DNA from: Planctomycetota bacterium
GTDB lineage: Bacteria; Planctomycetota; GCA-002687715; CAIWVZ01
Assembly (NCBI GenBank): GCA_044222185.1
Contig: JBGANV010000007.1
Span: 96,001-160,000, forward strand
Direction: 5' to 3'
DNA: 64,000 nt
Positions 1 to 8,486 of this stretch are shown here, one piece after another (within the stretch, counting starts at the first letter, position 1; each line of letters starts with the position of its first letter). A model generated the notes under the pieces. That model was not told where the DNA came from and ran no database searches. It saw only the letters and a program-made list of their open reading frames with translations. The translations under genes and the position numbers were made by a program.

Positions 1-679
1 GCGCCACCGACAGCACGAGTCGGAGGTTGCGCTCGATGAGCGGACGGCGAGCCGCGACGAAGAGATCGCGAACCTGCTGGATGTGCTGTTTCAGCGGACG
101 GCCGCACGTGTCGATGGCCGCGTCCCGGTACCGCTTGAGCGGGCCTGGACGGAGACCGACGAACAACAGGGCGCCGACGAGTCGGCCAGTGTTGTTGTTG
201 CGGACGGACGCGAACGGCTTGCGCGGATGCTTGTCCACGTGCCGCTTGAAGATGTCGAACAGGCGGGCGACGTGGTTGTCGCCGTCCTCGCGGCCCGGCT
301 TGGGCTTGGGAGGTCCGGGGACGAGGCTGCGCGCAGCCATCTCGTTGCGCTTCCAACGCTCGAGGTCGGCCCAGACCGCTTCCAGGCCCGGCTCGGTGCC
401 GAGGAAGGACGCGATCCACCGATTGCGGGCAAGGATGAGATCCCCGAGGAGGAGATGCTCTTCTTCCGGCTCGAGCAGGTCGTGGGCCCCGACGTCCTTC
501 AGGTAGATCCCGAGCGGATCGTCAGGCGCCGTGTGGTGCACGGGTTCAAGGCGTGACCCGGTCTTCGGCGCGAGGAGTGGCGCTTCGACGGCCTGCTCGT
601 CGCGGTCTCCGAAGGTGGTCCACTCTTCCTCCTGAACCGGGGTGAGTGGTGCTGGTTCTGGTTTTTCCTTGAGTTTCAC
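1..679 (-). CDS. Sigma-70 family RNA polymerase sigma factor (RpoD/RpoS-like), 3' end runs off the window
   Basis: Not in the ORF track; translated by hand from GTG at 679. Region 1.2 motif DDPLGIYLKDVGAHDLLEPEEE and region 2.1 motif ARRPLIERNLRLVLSVA at the window edge. Confidence 0.85.
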   Translation of the reverse strand, partial: MKLKEKPEPAPLTPVQEEEWTTFGDRDEQAVEAPLLAPKTGSRLEPVHHTAPDDPLGIYLKDVGAHDLLEPEEEHLLLGDLILARNRWIASFLGTEPGLEAVWADLERWKRNEMAARSLVPGPPKPKPGREDGDNHVARLFDIFKRHVDKHPRKPFASVRNNNTGRLVGALLFVGLRPGPLKRYRDAAIDTCGRPLKQHIQQVRDLFVAARRPLIERNLRLVLSVA

Positions 680-1158
680 GGCACTGGCTTTCGCGTTTGA
701 CTGGCCGGGCGGCCTCGCTCCGTCAGATGGACGTTTCATTTCCCGAAATTTTTGACGAAAACCCGATCCCCGCCGAACCGACGATCAACGGTACGGACGC
801 TGCACAGGTGAAGCGGCGTGCAGGTTCTTTGGAGTCCGGACTTTCGCCTCCTGTCCCGCGGTCCCTCGGGAATCCCCAACCAGACCACGACGACGAACGC
901 GCGGAACGACCATCTGACCGCTGCAGGATGCGGACTCCGCTTGCTCGACGCAGGGGGATCCTAAGGCCCAAAACCAGCTTTGTCCACTTTCGGGCCTAAT
1001 CTTTGAGCCAGGACTCGGGGCGCCTCCCTCGAGGTCGCATAACGACCGCCGCAGGCATGATTTGAACGGAATTCAGTGCTCAGGTTTCGTGACGGCGGCG
1101 GCTATCTTCGGACGCCTCGCGGTGACCCCCCGGGCACGCTTCTCACCCGGTCCGTTCG

Positions 1159-2358
1159 ATGCTCGCCATGAACGACGTGATCCTGATTCAATACGACGAG
1201 ATCGGCTTGAAGGGCGGCCGAAGCACGTTCTGCGAGAAGCAGTTGGTCCGTGCGGTTCAGAACGCTTTGCGCGATTTTGGGTCGGTGGCCGTCGAGGGGG
1301 TCCGAAACCGGTTCCTGATTCGCCTCGCGGAGAAGCCCTTCACAGCAGGGGTTGCGATGGATCGCCTCTCCCGTGTGTTTGGCGTCCGGTATCTCCTGCA
1401 CGCCATCGAGACGGAGCCGTCACTGGCGGCCGTTGCGGCGGCCGCGATCGAGCTGGTTACACGTGAGACCGGGGCGCGCTCGTTCGGAGTGCGGGTGCGA
1501 CGGGTGGACTGGCCCGCCGACCAGTCGTCACCTCAGATCGAGCGGTGGCTCGGCGACGAGGTCGGCCGGGCCAGCGGCCTGCCTGTCTCGCTCGAGAACC
1601 CGGACGTCTGGATCCGAGTCATGCTCGTGTCGCGCAGGGGCCTCGTGGGAGTACGCCGGGTGGATGGTCCGGGCGGACTCCCCAGCGGGTCGTCCGGCCA
1701 CGGGGTCGTGCTCCTTTCCGGGGGCATCGACTCGCCGGTCGCCGCCTGGATGATGATGGGGCGCGGGCTGAAGGTCTCCGCCGTCCACTTCCATTCCGCG
1801 CCGTTCACGAGCGCGGAGAGTCAGCGGAAGGTGAAGGATCTCCTCGCGGCCCTCTCGCGCTGGCAACCCACCGTCCCCGCCGCCTTCATTCCCTTCGCGA
1901 CGACGGTTCAGCAGGCGATCATCCAGAACACGCCACCGAAGTTCCGGGTCCTGCTCTACCGTCGTTTCATGCTCCGCATCGCAGAGAAACTCGCGCGGGC
2001 GGTCGACGCGACAGCCCTCATCACCGGCGACGCACTGGGACAGGTCGCGAGTCAGACGATCGAGAACCTGGCGACGACGGAAGCCGTGGCCGTACTGCCG
2101 GTCTTTCGTCCGCTCGTCGGCATGGGGAAGGAGCAGATCATCACCACGGCACGGAGGATCGGGACCTATGAAATCTCGATCCGTCCTCATGACGATTGCT
2201 GCTCGTATCTCGCGCCCCGCAACCCGGCGACCTCGAGTACCGCTGCCGAGCTGGACGAAGTCGAGCGCAGCCTGCCGGTTCAGGATCTGGTGGACGCGGC
2301 GGTCCGTGCGCGCGAGGTCTTCTCCGTGCGCTTCGAGCGCGACGTCTTCGGATCGTGA
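1159..2358 (+). CDS. thiI: tRNA 4-thiouridine synthase ThiI (THUMP + PP-loop, no rhodanese domain)
   Basis: N-terminal YDEIGLKG, PP-loop LLSGGIDSPVA, TGDALGQVASQT, RPLVGMGKEQI, C-terminal PHDDCC. Start may be ATG 1168. Confidence 0.93.
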   Translation: MLAMNDVILIQYDEIGLKGGRSTFCEKQLVRAVQNALRDFGSVAVEGVRNRFLIRLAEKPFTAGVAMDRLSRVFGVRYLLHAIETEPSLAAVAAAAIELVTRETGARSFGVRVRRVDWPADQSSPQIERWLGDEVGRASGLPVSLENPDVWIRVMLVSRRGLVGVRRVDGPGGLPSGSSGHGVVLLSGGIDSPVAAWMMMGRGLKVSAVHFHSAPFTSAESQRKVKDLLAALSRWQPTVPAAFIPFATTVQQAIIQNTPPKFRVLLYRRFMLRIAEKLARAVDATALITGDALGQVASQTIENLATTEAVAVLPVFRPLVGMGKEQIITTARRIGTYEISIRPHDDCCSYLAPRNPATSSTAAELDEVERSLPVQDLVDAAVRAREVFSVRFERDVFGS

Positions 2359-3269
2359 TCTCGGGCCGGAGCGGCCAGTGCGAGGAGGCCGTGAGCGAGC
2401 CACCCGACGACTTCGGCGATCGCCGCCGCCTCGCCGCCCTCGCCCGAGCCAAGCGCCTGCGCGCGCCGAACGGCCAGTGATTCGAGCCGGAATCGCGACT
2501 TTCCGCGCGCCGCGCGCACCTGACGCCAGGCGGGGGCATCGAGTTCCACGATGCGGGGCAGGAGCGACTCCGGGTCGCGCGTCAATGCGAGGTACTCATC
2601 CGCGCGCCGGACCGACTGGTGCACGGTGCGCAGCTCACGCCTTCGATCGCGCACCAGCGTGACGAGCTCCTTCACGTTGTGCCGCATGCGGAAGAACTGC
2701 ACGTGTCGCGGGACCACGACGGTCGTCTGGAGGAGGTCGTCGACGGTGCCCTGGGCGATCCGCTCGATCACCGCTCGCGTCGCGGGAATCTCGGACCCGT
2801 CGAGTGCGTACTCGACGTCGAGCCGCGCGCATTCGATCGCCGCAAGCTCGCCAAGGACGGGAACACGCTCGAAAGCCGCACCGAACGTCTTGCGCAGGAA
2901 CGCGCGGAAGCGGTCCGCGAGTTCGCGAAGGCTGTGGGTGCTCGCAGGGCCATCGAGGAGGAACGCTTCGATCATCGCACGAAACGTCATCGGCTTCGTC
3001 GCGCGCGGACCCGACTTCTGCGCGAGACCGAGGACGGCGAGCGTGGTTGCAAACGTCCACCCGAGCATGGACTGGTGGCCGCCGACGACCAGGTCGTGGT
3101 AGACGGCGAGGCGCTCCCTGGGGATGCGTGCCAGGGCGTCGCGCTCGCGGGCGCGCAAGCCGGGTGTCGTTGTGACGATGCGGTGCGCCGAGCGGGCACC
3201 CGACGAGAACTCGGTCGTCGAGTGCAGGACCATGTCGCGGAACGCAGCTTGGACGTGACGTAGCGGCAT
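2280..3269 (-). CDS. DUF2063/HvfC-like MNIO partner protein
   Basis: Real start inside ORF 2280..3587 (MPLRHVQAAFRDMVL). Motifs ERLAVYHDLV...TFATTLAVLG...FRAMIEAFL...SLRELADRFRAFL...LGELAAIE match the usual DUF692 partner. Lies directly downstream of the DUF692 gene. Confidence 0.75.
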   Translation of the reverse strand: MPLRHVQAAFRDMVLHSTTEFSSGARSAHRIVTTTPGLRARERDALARIPRERLAVYHDLVVGGHQSMLGWTFATTLAVLGLAQKSGPRATKPMTFRAMIEAFLLDGPASTHSLRELADRFRAFLRKTFGAAFERVPVLGELAAIECARLDVEYALDGSEIPATRAVIERIAQGTVDDLLQTTVVVPRHVQFFRMRHNVKELVTLVRDRRRELRTVHQSVRRADEYLALTRDPESLLPRIVELDAPAWRQVRAARGKSRFRLESLAVRRAQALGSGEGGEAAAIAEVVGWLAHGLLALAAPARDHDPKTSRSKRTEKTSRARTAASTRS

Positions 3270-3277
3270 GTTCACTC

Positions 3278-4135
3278 TCAGGCCGAGCGGGCCGGTTTCC
3301 GTTCGGCAGCGAAACCTGTTCGGGAGACGATGCGGGCGGCGCGAGCCGCCTCCTGGAGCAATCGCTCCCAGGTGGGAATGTCGTTGTCCCACTCGATCAT
3401 CACGGAGCAGGGCGGCAGGAGCGGGAGCACCCGCTCGAACAGCCGCCAGACCGGCGGCGGCACCGGCGCACCGTGAGTGTCGACGAGGATCTCTCCCGAG
3501 TCGTCGTGCCCCGCGAGATGCACCTGGACCACGCGTTCCAGCGGCAGGCGCGCGATCATCGCCTCGGCGTCGTAGCCGTGATTGCACGCGTTGACGTAGA
3601 CGTTGTTCACGTCCAGGAGCAGTCCGCAGTCCGCTTCTTCGCAGACTGCGCGGATGAACGTCGCTTCGTCCATCTCGCTGTCGTCGACGACGGCGTAGTA
3701 CGACGCGTTCTCGACCAGGTAGGGCACTCCGACTGCGTCCCGCACACGGGTCACGTTCTTCGCGATCCGTCGGACGGCTTCTTCCGTGAACGGCATGGGG
3801 ATGAGCTCGTTCATCGAGATCGGGCCTGCGGTGGAGTACGAGAGGTGATCGCTCGCCCAGAGCGCGTTCGCCGATCTCACCGTGTCACGAAGGTGACGGA
3901 GGAACGTGCGATCGACCGGGCGATCGGACCCGAGCGAGGCGCCAACGCCGTGCGCGACCATGGGGAATCTCTCGGCGACGGCCAGGAGGTTCCGCCGGTG
4001 GAGCCCGCCGCGGTTCATGTAGTTCTCGGGAGTGAACTCGAACCAGTCGACGCCCGGCGCGGTCTCCAGGATCCGTGCCACGTGTGGCCTGCGCAGGCCC
4101 ACACCGATCCCGAGCGGGCGGGTAGCGGATGTCAT
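3278..4135 (-). CDS. DUF692 family multinuclear non-heme iron-dependent oxidase (MNIO)
   Basis: GIGVGLRRPH, FEFTPENYM, AHGVGASLGS, SDHLS, LVENASYY, LLLDVNNVYVN, QVHLAGH, VDTHG and IEWD motifs intact. Start placed at ATG 4135. Confidence 0.93.
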   Translation of the reverse strand: MTSATRPLGIGVGLRRPHVARILETAPGVDWFEFTPENYMNRGGLHRRNLLAVAERFPMVAHGVGASLGSDRPVDRTFLRHLRDTVRSANALWASDHLSYSTAGPISMNELIPMPFTEEAVRRIAKNVTRVRDAVGVPYLVENASYYAVVDDSEMDEATFIRAVCEEADCGLLLDVNNVYVNACNHGYDAEAMIARLPLERVVQVHLAGHDDSGEILVDTHGAPVPPPVWRLFERVLPLLPPCSVMIEWDNDIPTWERLLQEAARAARIVSRTGFAAERKPARSA

Positions 4136-4176
4136 CGAGCGTTGGGGTGCCATCGAGGGGGTGCTTCGGAACGAAA

Positions 4177-4221
4177 CCGCGCGGGCATCGCCGCTCGACG
4201 GAGCGGGATGCACGCGCGCGG
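4177..4221 (-). terminator. GC-rich hairpin (leaky terminator or mRNA stabiliser) between precursor and MNIO genes
   Basis: Arms ccgcgcg-gcatc-ccgctc / gagcgg-gatgc-cgcgcg around a 4-nt loop, followed on the minus strand by a weak TTTCGTT tract. Confidence 0.5.
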
Positions 4222-4264
4222 GTCGAGCCGGGCCGTCGCGGCCTGACTCACGGGGTGATCGGCA

Positions 4265-4546
4265 TCACTTCGCGGAGCCGCAGGACTTCGTCCCGCCGCA
4301 GCTCTTGTTCGAGCCGCAAGACTTGTTGCCACCACAGCTCTTGTTCGCGCCGCAGGACTTGTTCGCGCCACAGGATTTGTTGGCGCCACACGATTTGTTG
4401 CCGCCACAGCTCTTCTGGTCGGCTGACGTGCCCGTCGATCCCGTCTCATCGCTCGAGCACGCGGGCAGCATCAAGCCACCGAGCCCGAGGAGGGCGCTGG
4501 CGACGATCACCTTGCGGAACTTCGTGAACGGCTTCTTCGAGGACAT
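4265..4546 (-). CDS. Lipoprotein RiPP-like precursor with eight KSCG repeats (93 aa)
   Basis: MSSKKPFTKFRKVIVASALLGLGGLMLPA-C lipobox, Ser/Thr/Gly linker, then (KSCGxN)-type repeat x8. SD AGGGAG/AGGA upstream of ATG 4546. Directly upstream of DUF692. Confidence 0.88.
   Translation of the reverse strand: MSSKKPFTKFRKVIVASALLGLGGLMLPACSSDETGSTGTSADQKSCGGNKSCGANKSCGANKSCGANKSCGGNKSCGSNKSCGGTKSCGSAK
4268..4414 (-). repeat. 18-bp coding tandem repeat x8 (KSCG[G/A/S][N/T/A])
   Basis: Units such as AAGAGCTGTGGCGGCAAC and AAATCCTGTGGCGCGAAC; variation is mostly synonymous. Confidence 0.9.
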
Positions 4547-4634
4547 TCCTGATTCTCCCTTGATCTTCATCGAACTCTCCCATCGAGCCTCCGGCGCACG
4601 TGCGCCGACGCAAGATGGCCTATCGATGATGAGA

Positions 4635-4664
4635 TAGATGCGCGCAGCGAGGTCTGCGTTTCCT
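4635..4664 (-). promoter_or_regulatory. Possible ECF-sigma-type promoter of the precursor operon
   Basis: AGGAAAC-N17-CATCTA on the minus strand about 90 nt upstream of the start; resembles the generic ECF AAC...CGTC pattern only loosely. Confidence 0.25.
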
Positions 4665-4777
4665 TCGCCCCGAAAAATCGGGTCCGGACAGGCTACAAGC
4701 AAGTTCGTCCGGTGTGAAGCGCAGTCGGCCGTCGCCGCCTTGGCAACGGAAGTACGACCTGAGCGGTCGCTCGGATT

Positions 4778-6385
4778 TCAGCGCGGCCTGATCCGCGAGC
4801 CGAGGAGCAGATAGGACGGCTCGCCGTCGACGGCGGCGGCCGTCGCGCGAATCGGGAAATCGCGCAGCGATGTCGGAACCTCTGCCGCCGTGCCCTCGAA
4901 GAGCAGCAGGGCCCCCGGCGTCCCGTCCAGAAATGATGCGGCACCGTCGGGCGGGATGATGCGCAGGTCCGGTCGTCCCAACGCGAACGCGACCGCCGGG
5001 TTGGCGTCCAGGGACGCGAACGGGGCGTCGCCGACTTGCGGGGCCAGCGCTCGCATGATCGGGGCGACGGAGCGGTAGGGCGCGACGGCCGAGGCCACTC
5101 CGGCGTCAGCGAACAGACAGTCACTGACGAGCGGCAGCCCGAGCACGATCAGGCCGGCGGCCGTCAACTCGGTGCGCCGCCCGATCCTGTGGAGGATCAC
5201 GACGGCGGCGACGGCGAGAGTCAGGGAGGTGACGGCCGATGGGACCAATGGCGCCGCAGGATCCGCTCCAGGTGCCATGGCGGAGATGCCCCAGGTGACG
5301 GCTGCTACGGCGACGCCCAGCCCGGCCACGAACACGGCGGCCGTGCGCAACCGGCCCGCGAGCACTCGTACCGCGGTCGTGCCGCCCCAGACTGCGAAGA
5401 GGGGATAGAACGGCAGCAGGTAGTGCGACTGCTTGCTGCGGCTGACGGAGAAGACGATCAACCCGAGGATCCCCGTCAACGCGGCGGCGCGAACGGGCGG
5501 CAGCAATCGCCGCCAACCGAGGATCATCCATGGCAGGAGAAGACCCGCGGGCAGCAGCCCCTCCGGCAGTTTCTCCAGGTAGTACAGCGGCCCGCGACGA
5601 TGCTCGACGTTCGCCATCGTCAGGCGGTCGATCAATGCGCCCCACGAGCCCAGCGCACGTGCGACGGGCCAGGCCCAAAGGAGCGCGAACGCCACCGCGG
5701 TCACGACCAGCGCCACGGTCCCACGCCAGTGGGTCCACGGAGCGCGACGACGCGCGACGCTGCATCCGAGCATGAACGAGATGGGAAACAGGAGCGCGAG
5801 CACGGGGCCCTTCGTCCACGTCATCAGGCCGACGGAGAGGGAGGCCACGACCCACGGCCCGGCGCCGCGCACGTCGAAGAGAAACGGACCCGACAGCGCG
5901 AGGTAGCCAGCCGTCGCCAGCGTCGTCAGCAGGATCTCGAGCTCGGTCGAGCGCGCCTGCGTGAAGAAGCGGAAGCTCGCCAGGAGGAAGAGCCCGGATG
6001 CGAGACCCGCCAGCGGCCCCCCGAGGCGCCGGCCCAGGCGGGCCGTGAGCCACACGCAGACGGTCGCGGTGAGGACCGACGCCAGCCGCATCAGCCACAG
6101 GTCCGTCCGTCCGGTGATCCCCGCGAGCGCTGCCGAGAGTGAATGCGCCAACGGTGGCTTGTTCACGTAGGGCTCGCCGAGCATGTAGGTCGGGAACAAA
6201 CGTCCGTGGGTCGCGATGTCCCAGGCGACCAGCGGAACGCGGCCCTCCGATCGTTCGTCCATGTCCCGCGCTGCCAGCCAGGGGATGAGGGTCGCCACGG
6301 TCACGAGTCCGAGGACGAGCCCCGTCGCAAGTCCTGACGGTCCCGGTGCTGCTTGCGTTTCGGTCGTTTCGATCGGGTCTGACAC
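4778..6385 (-). CDS. ArnT/PMT family (GT-C) membrane glycosyltransferase
   Basis: SEGR near the N-terminus, GEPYVNKPPL, TKGP, HRRGPLYYL, SKQSHYLLPFYP; many TM helices. Confidence 0.85.
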   Translation of the reverse strand: MSDPIETTETQAAPGPSGLATGLVLGLVTVATLIPWLAARDMDERSEGRVPLVAWDIATHGRLFPTYMLGEPYVNKPPLAHSLSAALAGITGRTDLWLMRLASVLTATVCVWLTARLGRRLGGPLAGLASGLFLLASFRFFTQARSTELEILLTTLATAGYLALSGPFLFDVRGAGPWVVASLSVGLMTWTKGPVLALLFPISFMLGCSVARRRAPWTHWRGTVALVVTAVAFALLWAWPVARALGSWGALIDRLTMANVEHRRGPLYYLEKLPEGLLPAGLLLPWMILGWRRLLPPVRAAALTGILGLIVFSVSRSKQSHYLLPFYPLFAVWGGTTAVRVLAGRLRTAAVFVAGLGVAVAAVTWGISAMAPGADPAAPLVPSAVTSLTLAVAAVVILHRIGRRTELTAAGLIVLGLPLVSDCLFADAGVASAVAPYRSVAPIMRALAPQVGDAPFASLDANPAVAFALGRPDLRIIPPDGAASFLDGTPGALLLFEGTAAEVPTSLRDFPIRATAAAVDGEPSYLLLGSRIRPR

Positions 6386-6553
6386 CTCAGAGCGGCTCGC
6401 ATCCGCGCGTTTCGGCGGTCTTTGGCGGTTTCTGGTCGTGGATTCTCACCGAAGCCGACGCCCGGGCAAGACCGACCGCTCACGGTGAAGTTGCGAAGCC
6501 GTAATGAGGTCAGTGCGCAACTGCCGATGAATTCCTGTAAGCTGACGACCCTC

Positions 6554-6754
6554 ATGTCCGACCGACGCGACAACTCCGGCTCCGAGCCCGCATCTCGTGA
6601 GAGACCCGGCTTCCCCGCACGCCTCCCTGACGTCATCGAGAGCGTGAAGCGTGCCTGGGCAGCGCTGCGCGAACGGCTCGGCATCGCCGAGGAGCGCATC
6701 CCGGTGCCCGTCCGCGTGCCCGCACAGCGGTCAGCCCCCCGTCGTCCGCGCTGA
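6554..6754 (+). CDS. Small hypothetical protein (66 aa) with IPVPVRV motif
   Basis: ATG 6554; amphipathic helix VIESVKRAWAALRERLG followed by IPVPVRVP; fills the gap between two minus-strand genes. Confidence 0.5.
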   Translation: MSDRRDNSGSEPASRERPGFPARLPDVIESVKRAWAALRERLGIAEERIPVPVRVPAQRSAPRRPR

Positions 6755-7606
6755 CGTACGAACGAGCGTTTCCGGATCCAGCCGGCGCGCTTCGTGGCCT
6801 CTGACGCGCGACACCTCGCGCGACACGACCTCCTCGGTCGAGGACAGGTCTCCGATCGCCGCCTCGCGGGCGTAGCGTGCGAGGAACCTCGACGCGTGCT
6901 CCGTGCCGAGGATCAACTCGCATGCGAGGGCGATGGGCGCGAGGTCTCGCGCATGACGGCGCGATACCGTGCCTCGCCAACGCGAGCGTGCGCCGCGGCC
7001 CGCGTCGATGGCGCGGAACTCGGGCGTCACCATCTCCGGTGCTCGCACGAGGACGTTTCGCGCGTTCAGGTCACCGTGTACGAAGCCGGCGCGATGGACG
7101 CGCGCGACCCACCCCGCGAGCGCATCCACGGCCTCCGCAGCGCCATGCGCGCTCCATCGGCTTGCAGCCGCGAGCCATCGATCGAGACGGATGGCGCCGT
7201 GAAACTCCTCCGTCACGAGGAGCGCCGAGCGAAGCAGCCCGAACTGGCGTCGCTCGCCGAGGGCGAGCCGGCCGACGGTTGGAATGCCGAGCTCCTCCTG
7301 AATGCGCAGACTGCGCCACTCCCGCTCCGCGCGATGCCACCACATGCGCCGCGAGACGATCCGCAGGACGAGATCCAGGGGCGTCGGGTAGTAGAAGCAC
7401 TTCGCGAACACGGCGCGACCGCCGTCGATCTGGAGGCGCCGCACCCAGCTCGTCCGCGACCCCGCCACGAGCTCTCCTCTCGCGAAGGCGTCGATGCCCT
7501 CGAGCGAGGTGATCGCCAGCGCCGCGACCGCGCGTTCTCCACCGGCGTGGAACCGCCAGCGGTCGCCGTGCCAGCGGGCCGAAGGAATGCGGCGCTTCCC
7601 GTTCAT
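6731..7606 (-). CDS. Lipopolysaccharide kinase (Kdo/WaaP/InaA family)
   Basis: VFAKCF, RAEREWRSL, LVTEE, HGDLNARNVL catalytic loop, IDAG, RDL. Confidence 0.85.
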   Translation of the reverse strand: MNGKRRIPSARWHGDRWRFHAGGERAVAALAITSLEGIDAFARGELVAGSRTSWVRRLQIDGGRAVFAKCFYYPTPLDLVLRIVSRRMWWHRAEREWRSLRIQEELGIPTVGRLALGERRQFGLLRSALLVTEEFHGAIRLDRWLAAASRWSAHGAAEAVDALAGWVARVHRAGFVHGDLNARNVLVRAPEMVTPEFRAIDAGRGARSRWRGTVSRRHARDLAPIALACELILGTEHASRFLARYAREAAIGDLSSTEEVVSREVSRVRGHEARRLDPETLVRTSARTTGG

Positions 7607-7799
7607 CGCTCAGGAAACTATCAGCCGGCGTTCGACCCAACGGCTGAGGCGAGCCTGGAATCCCCGCGCCGGCGAGGCTCGGCCGCGTGGCGGTTTCGGG
7701 CCGCGAGGAAAATCCGGCGGTTCATTTCGGACGTTCTTCGGGCGGGTCGCGCCAAGGGATTCGGACGCGGTGATCGACCGCGATGGAGGCCGAACCCAG

Positions 7800-8483
7800 A
7801 TGACGACCGACATGATCCTGAACGGCAATGTGGATTTCGCGGACGAGCGGAACCTCGTTCTGGCCCTGCGACGGGGCGACGACGCGGCGTTCGAATTCGT
7901 CGTACGAACGTTCTCTCCCCGCCTGTTGCCGGTCGCGAGGCGTCTCCTGAAGAACGACACGGACGCGGAGGACGCCCTTCAAGATGCGTTTCTGTCTGCG
8001 TTTCGTGGACTCGATGCATTCTGCGAGGGTGCGCGGCTGTCCACCTGGCTTCATCGGATCGTCGTCAACGCGGCGCTGATGAAGCTCCGCCGGCAGCGCC
8101 GGAAGCCCGAGTGTTCAATCGACGAGCTCCTGCCGCGCTTCGACGCCGAGGGGCATCACGCCATCCCGATTGCAGCCGCCAGCGCCACGGCCGAGTCCTC
8201 GATCACGCGCGACGAACTGCATGCCCTCGTGCGGTCTCGCATCGCCGAGCTTCCGGACGACTATCGGAACGTGCTCGTCCTTCGCGACATCGAGGAACTC
8301 GACACGGAGGAAACCGCCGAGGTTCTCGGGATCAGCATCGCGGCCGTGAAGACCCGCCTGCATCGCGCGCGCCAGGCGCTGCGGACGCTGATCGCTCCGA
8401 GCCTCTTCGGCGCCGATGAGGCGAAGGACGCCGCGCCCGGACGGACGGCGCGGCGCCGCGACGTGGCGGCGCTCCTCGTGTGA
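7800..8483 (+). CDS. ECF RNA polymerase sigma factor
   Basis: DAEDALQDAFL, LSTWLHRIVVN (region 2); LPDDYRNVLVLRDIEELDTEETAEVLGISIAAVKTRLHRAR (region 4); GGAGG SD before ATG 7800. Confidence 0.93.
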   Translation: MTTDMILNGNVDFADERNLVLALRRGDDAAFEFVVRTFSPRLLPVARRLLKNDTDAEDALQDAFLSAFRGLDAFCEGARLSTWLHRIVVNAALMKLRRQRRKPECSIDELLPRFDAEGHHAIPIAAASATAESSITRDELHALVRSRIAELPDDYRNVLVLRDIEELDTEETAEVLGISIAAVKTRLHRARQALRTLIAPSLFGADEAKDAAPGRTARRRDVAALLV

Positions 8484-8486
8484 CGT

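Noticed and set aside
4032-4637. Plus-strand ORF with PQDLFA repeats, and the 18-bp repeats as a possible CRISPR array
   Set aside because: Antisense reading of the KSCG array; units are contiguous with no spacers and no cas genes are present.
4547-4702. Longer N-terminus of the precursor given by the ORF track
   Set aside because: SD position and signal-peptide geometry favour ATG 4546.
4778-6385. ArnT-like gene as a tailoring enzyme of the RiPP locus
   Set aside because: About 230-bp gap with separate promoter-like signals; it fits better with the nearby LPS kinase. Not excluded without synteny data.
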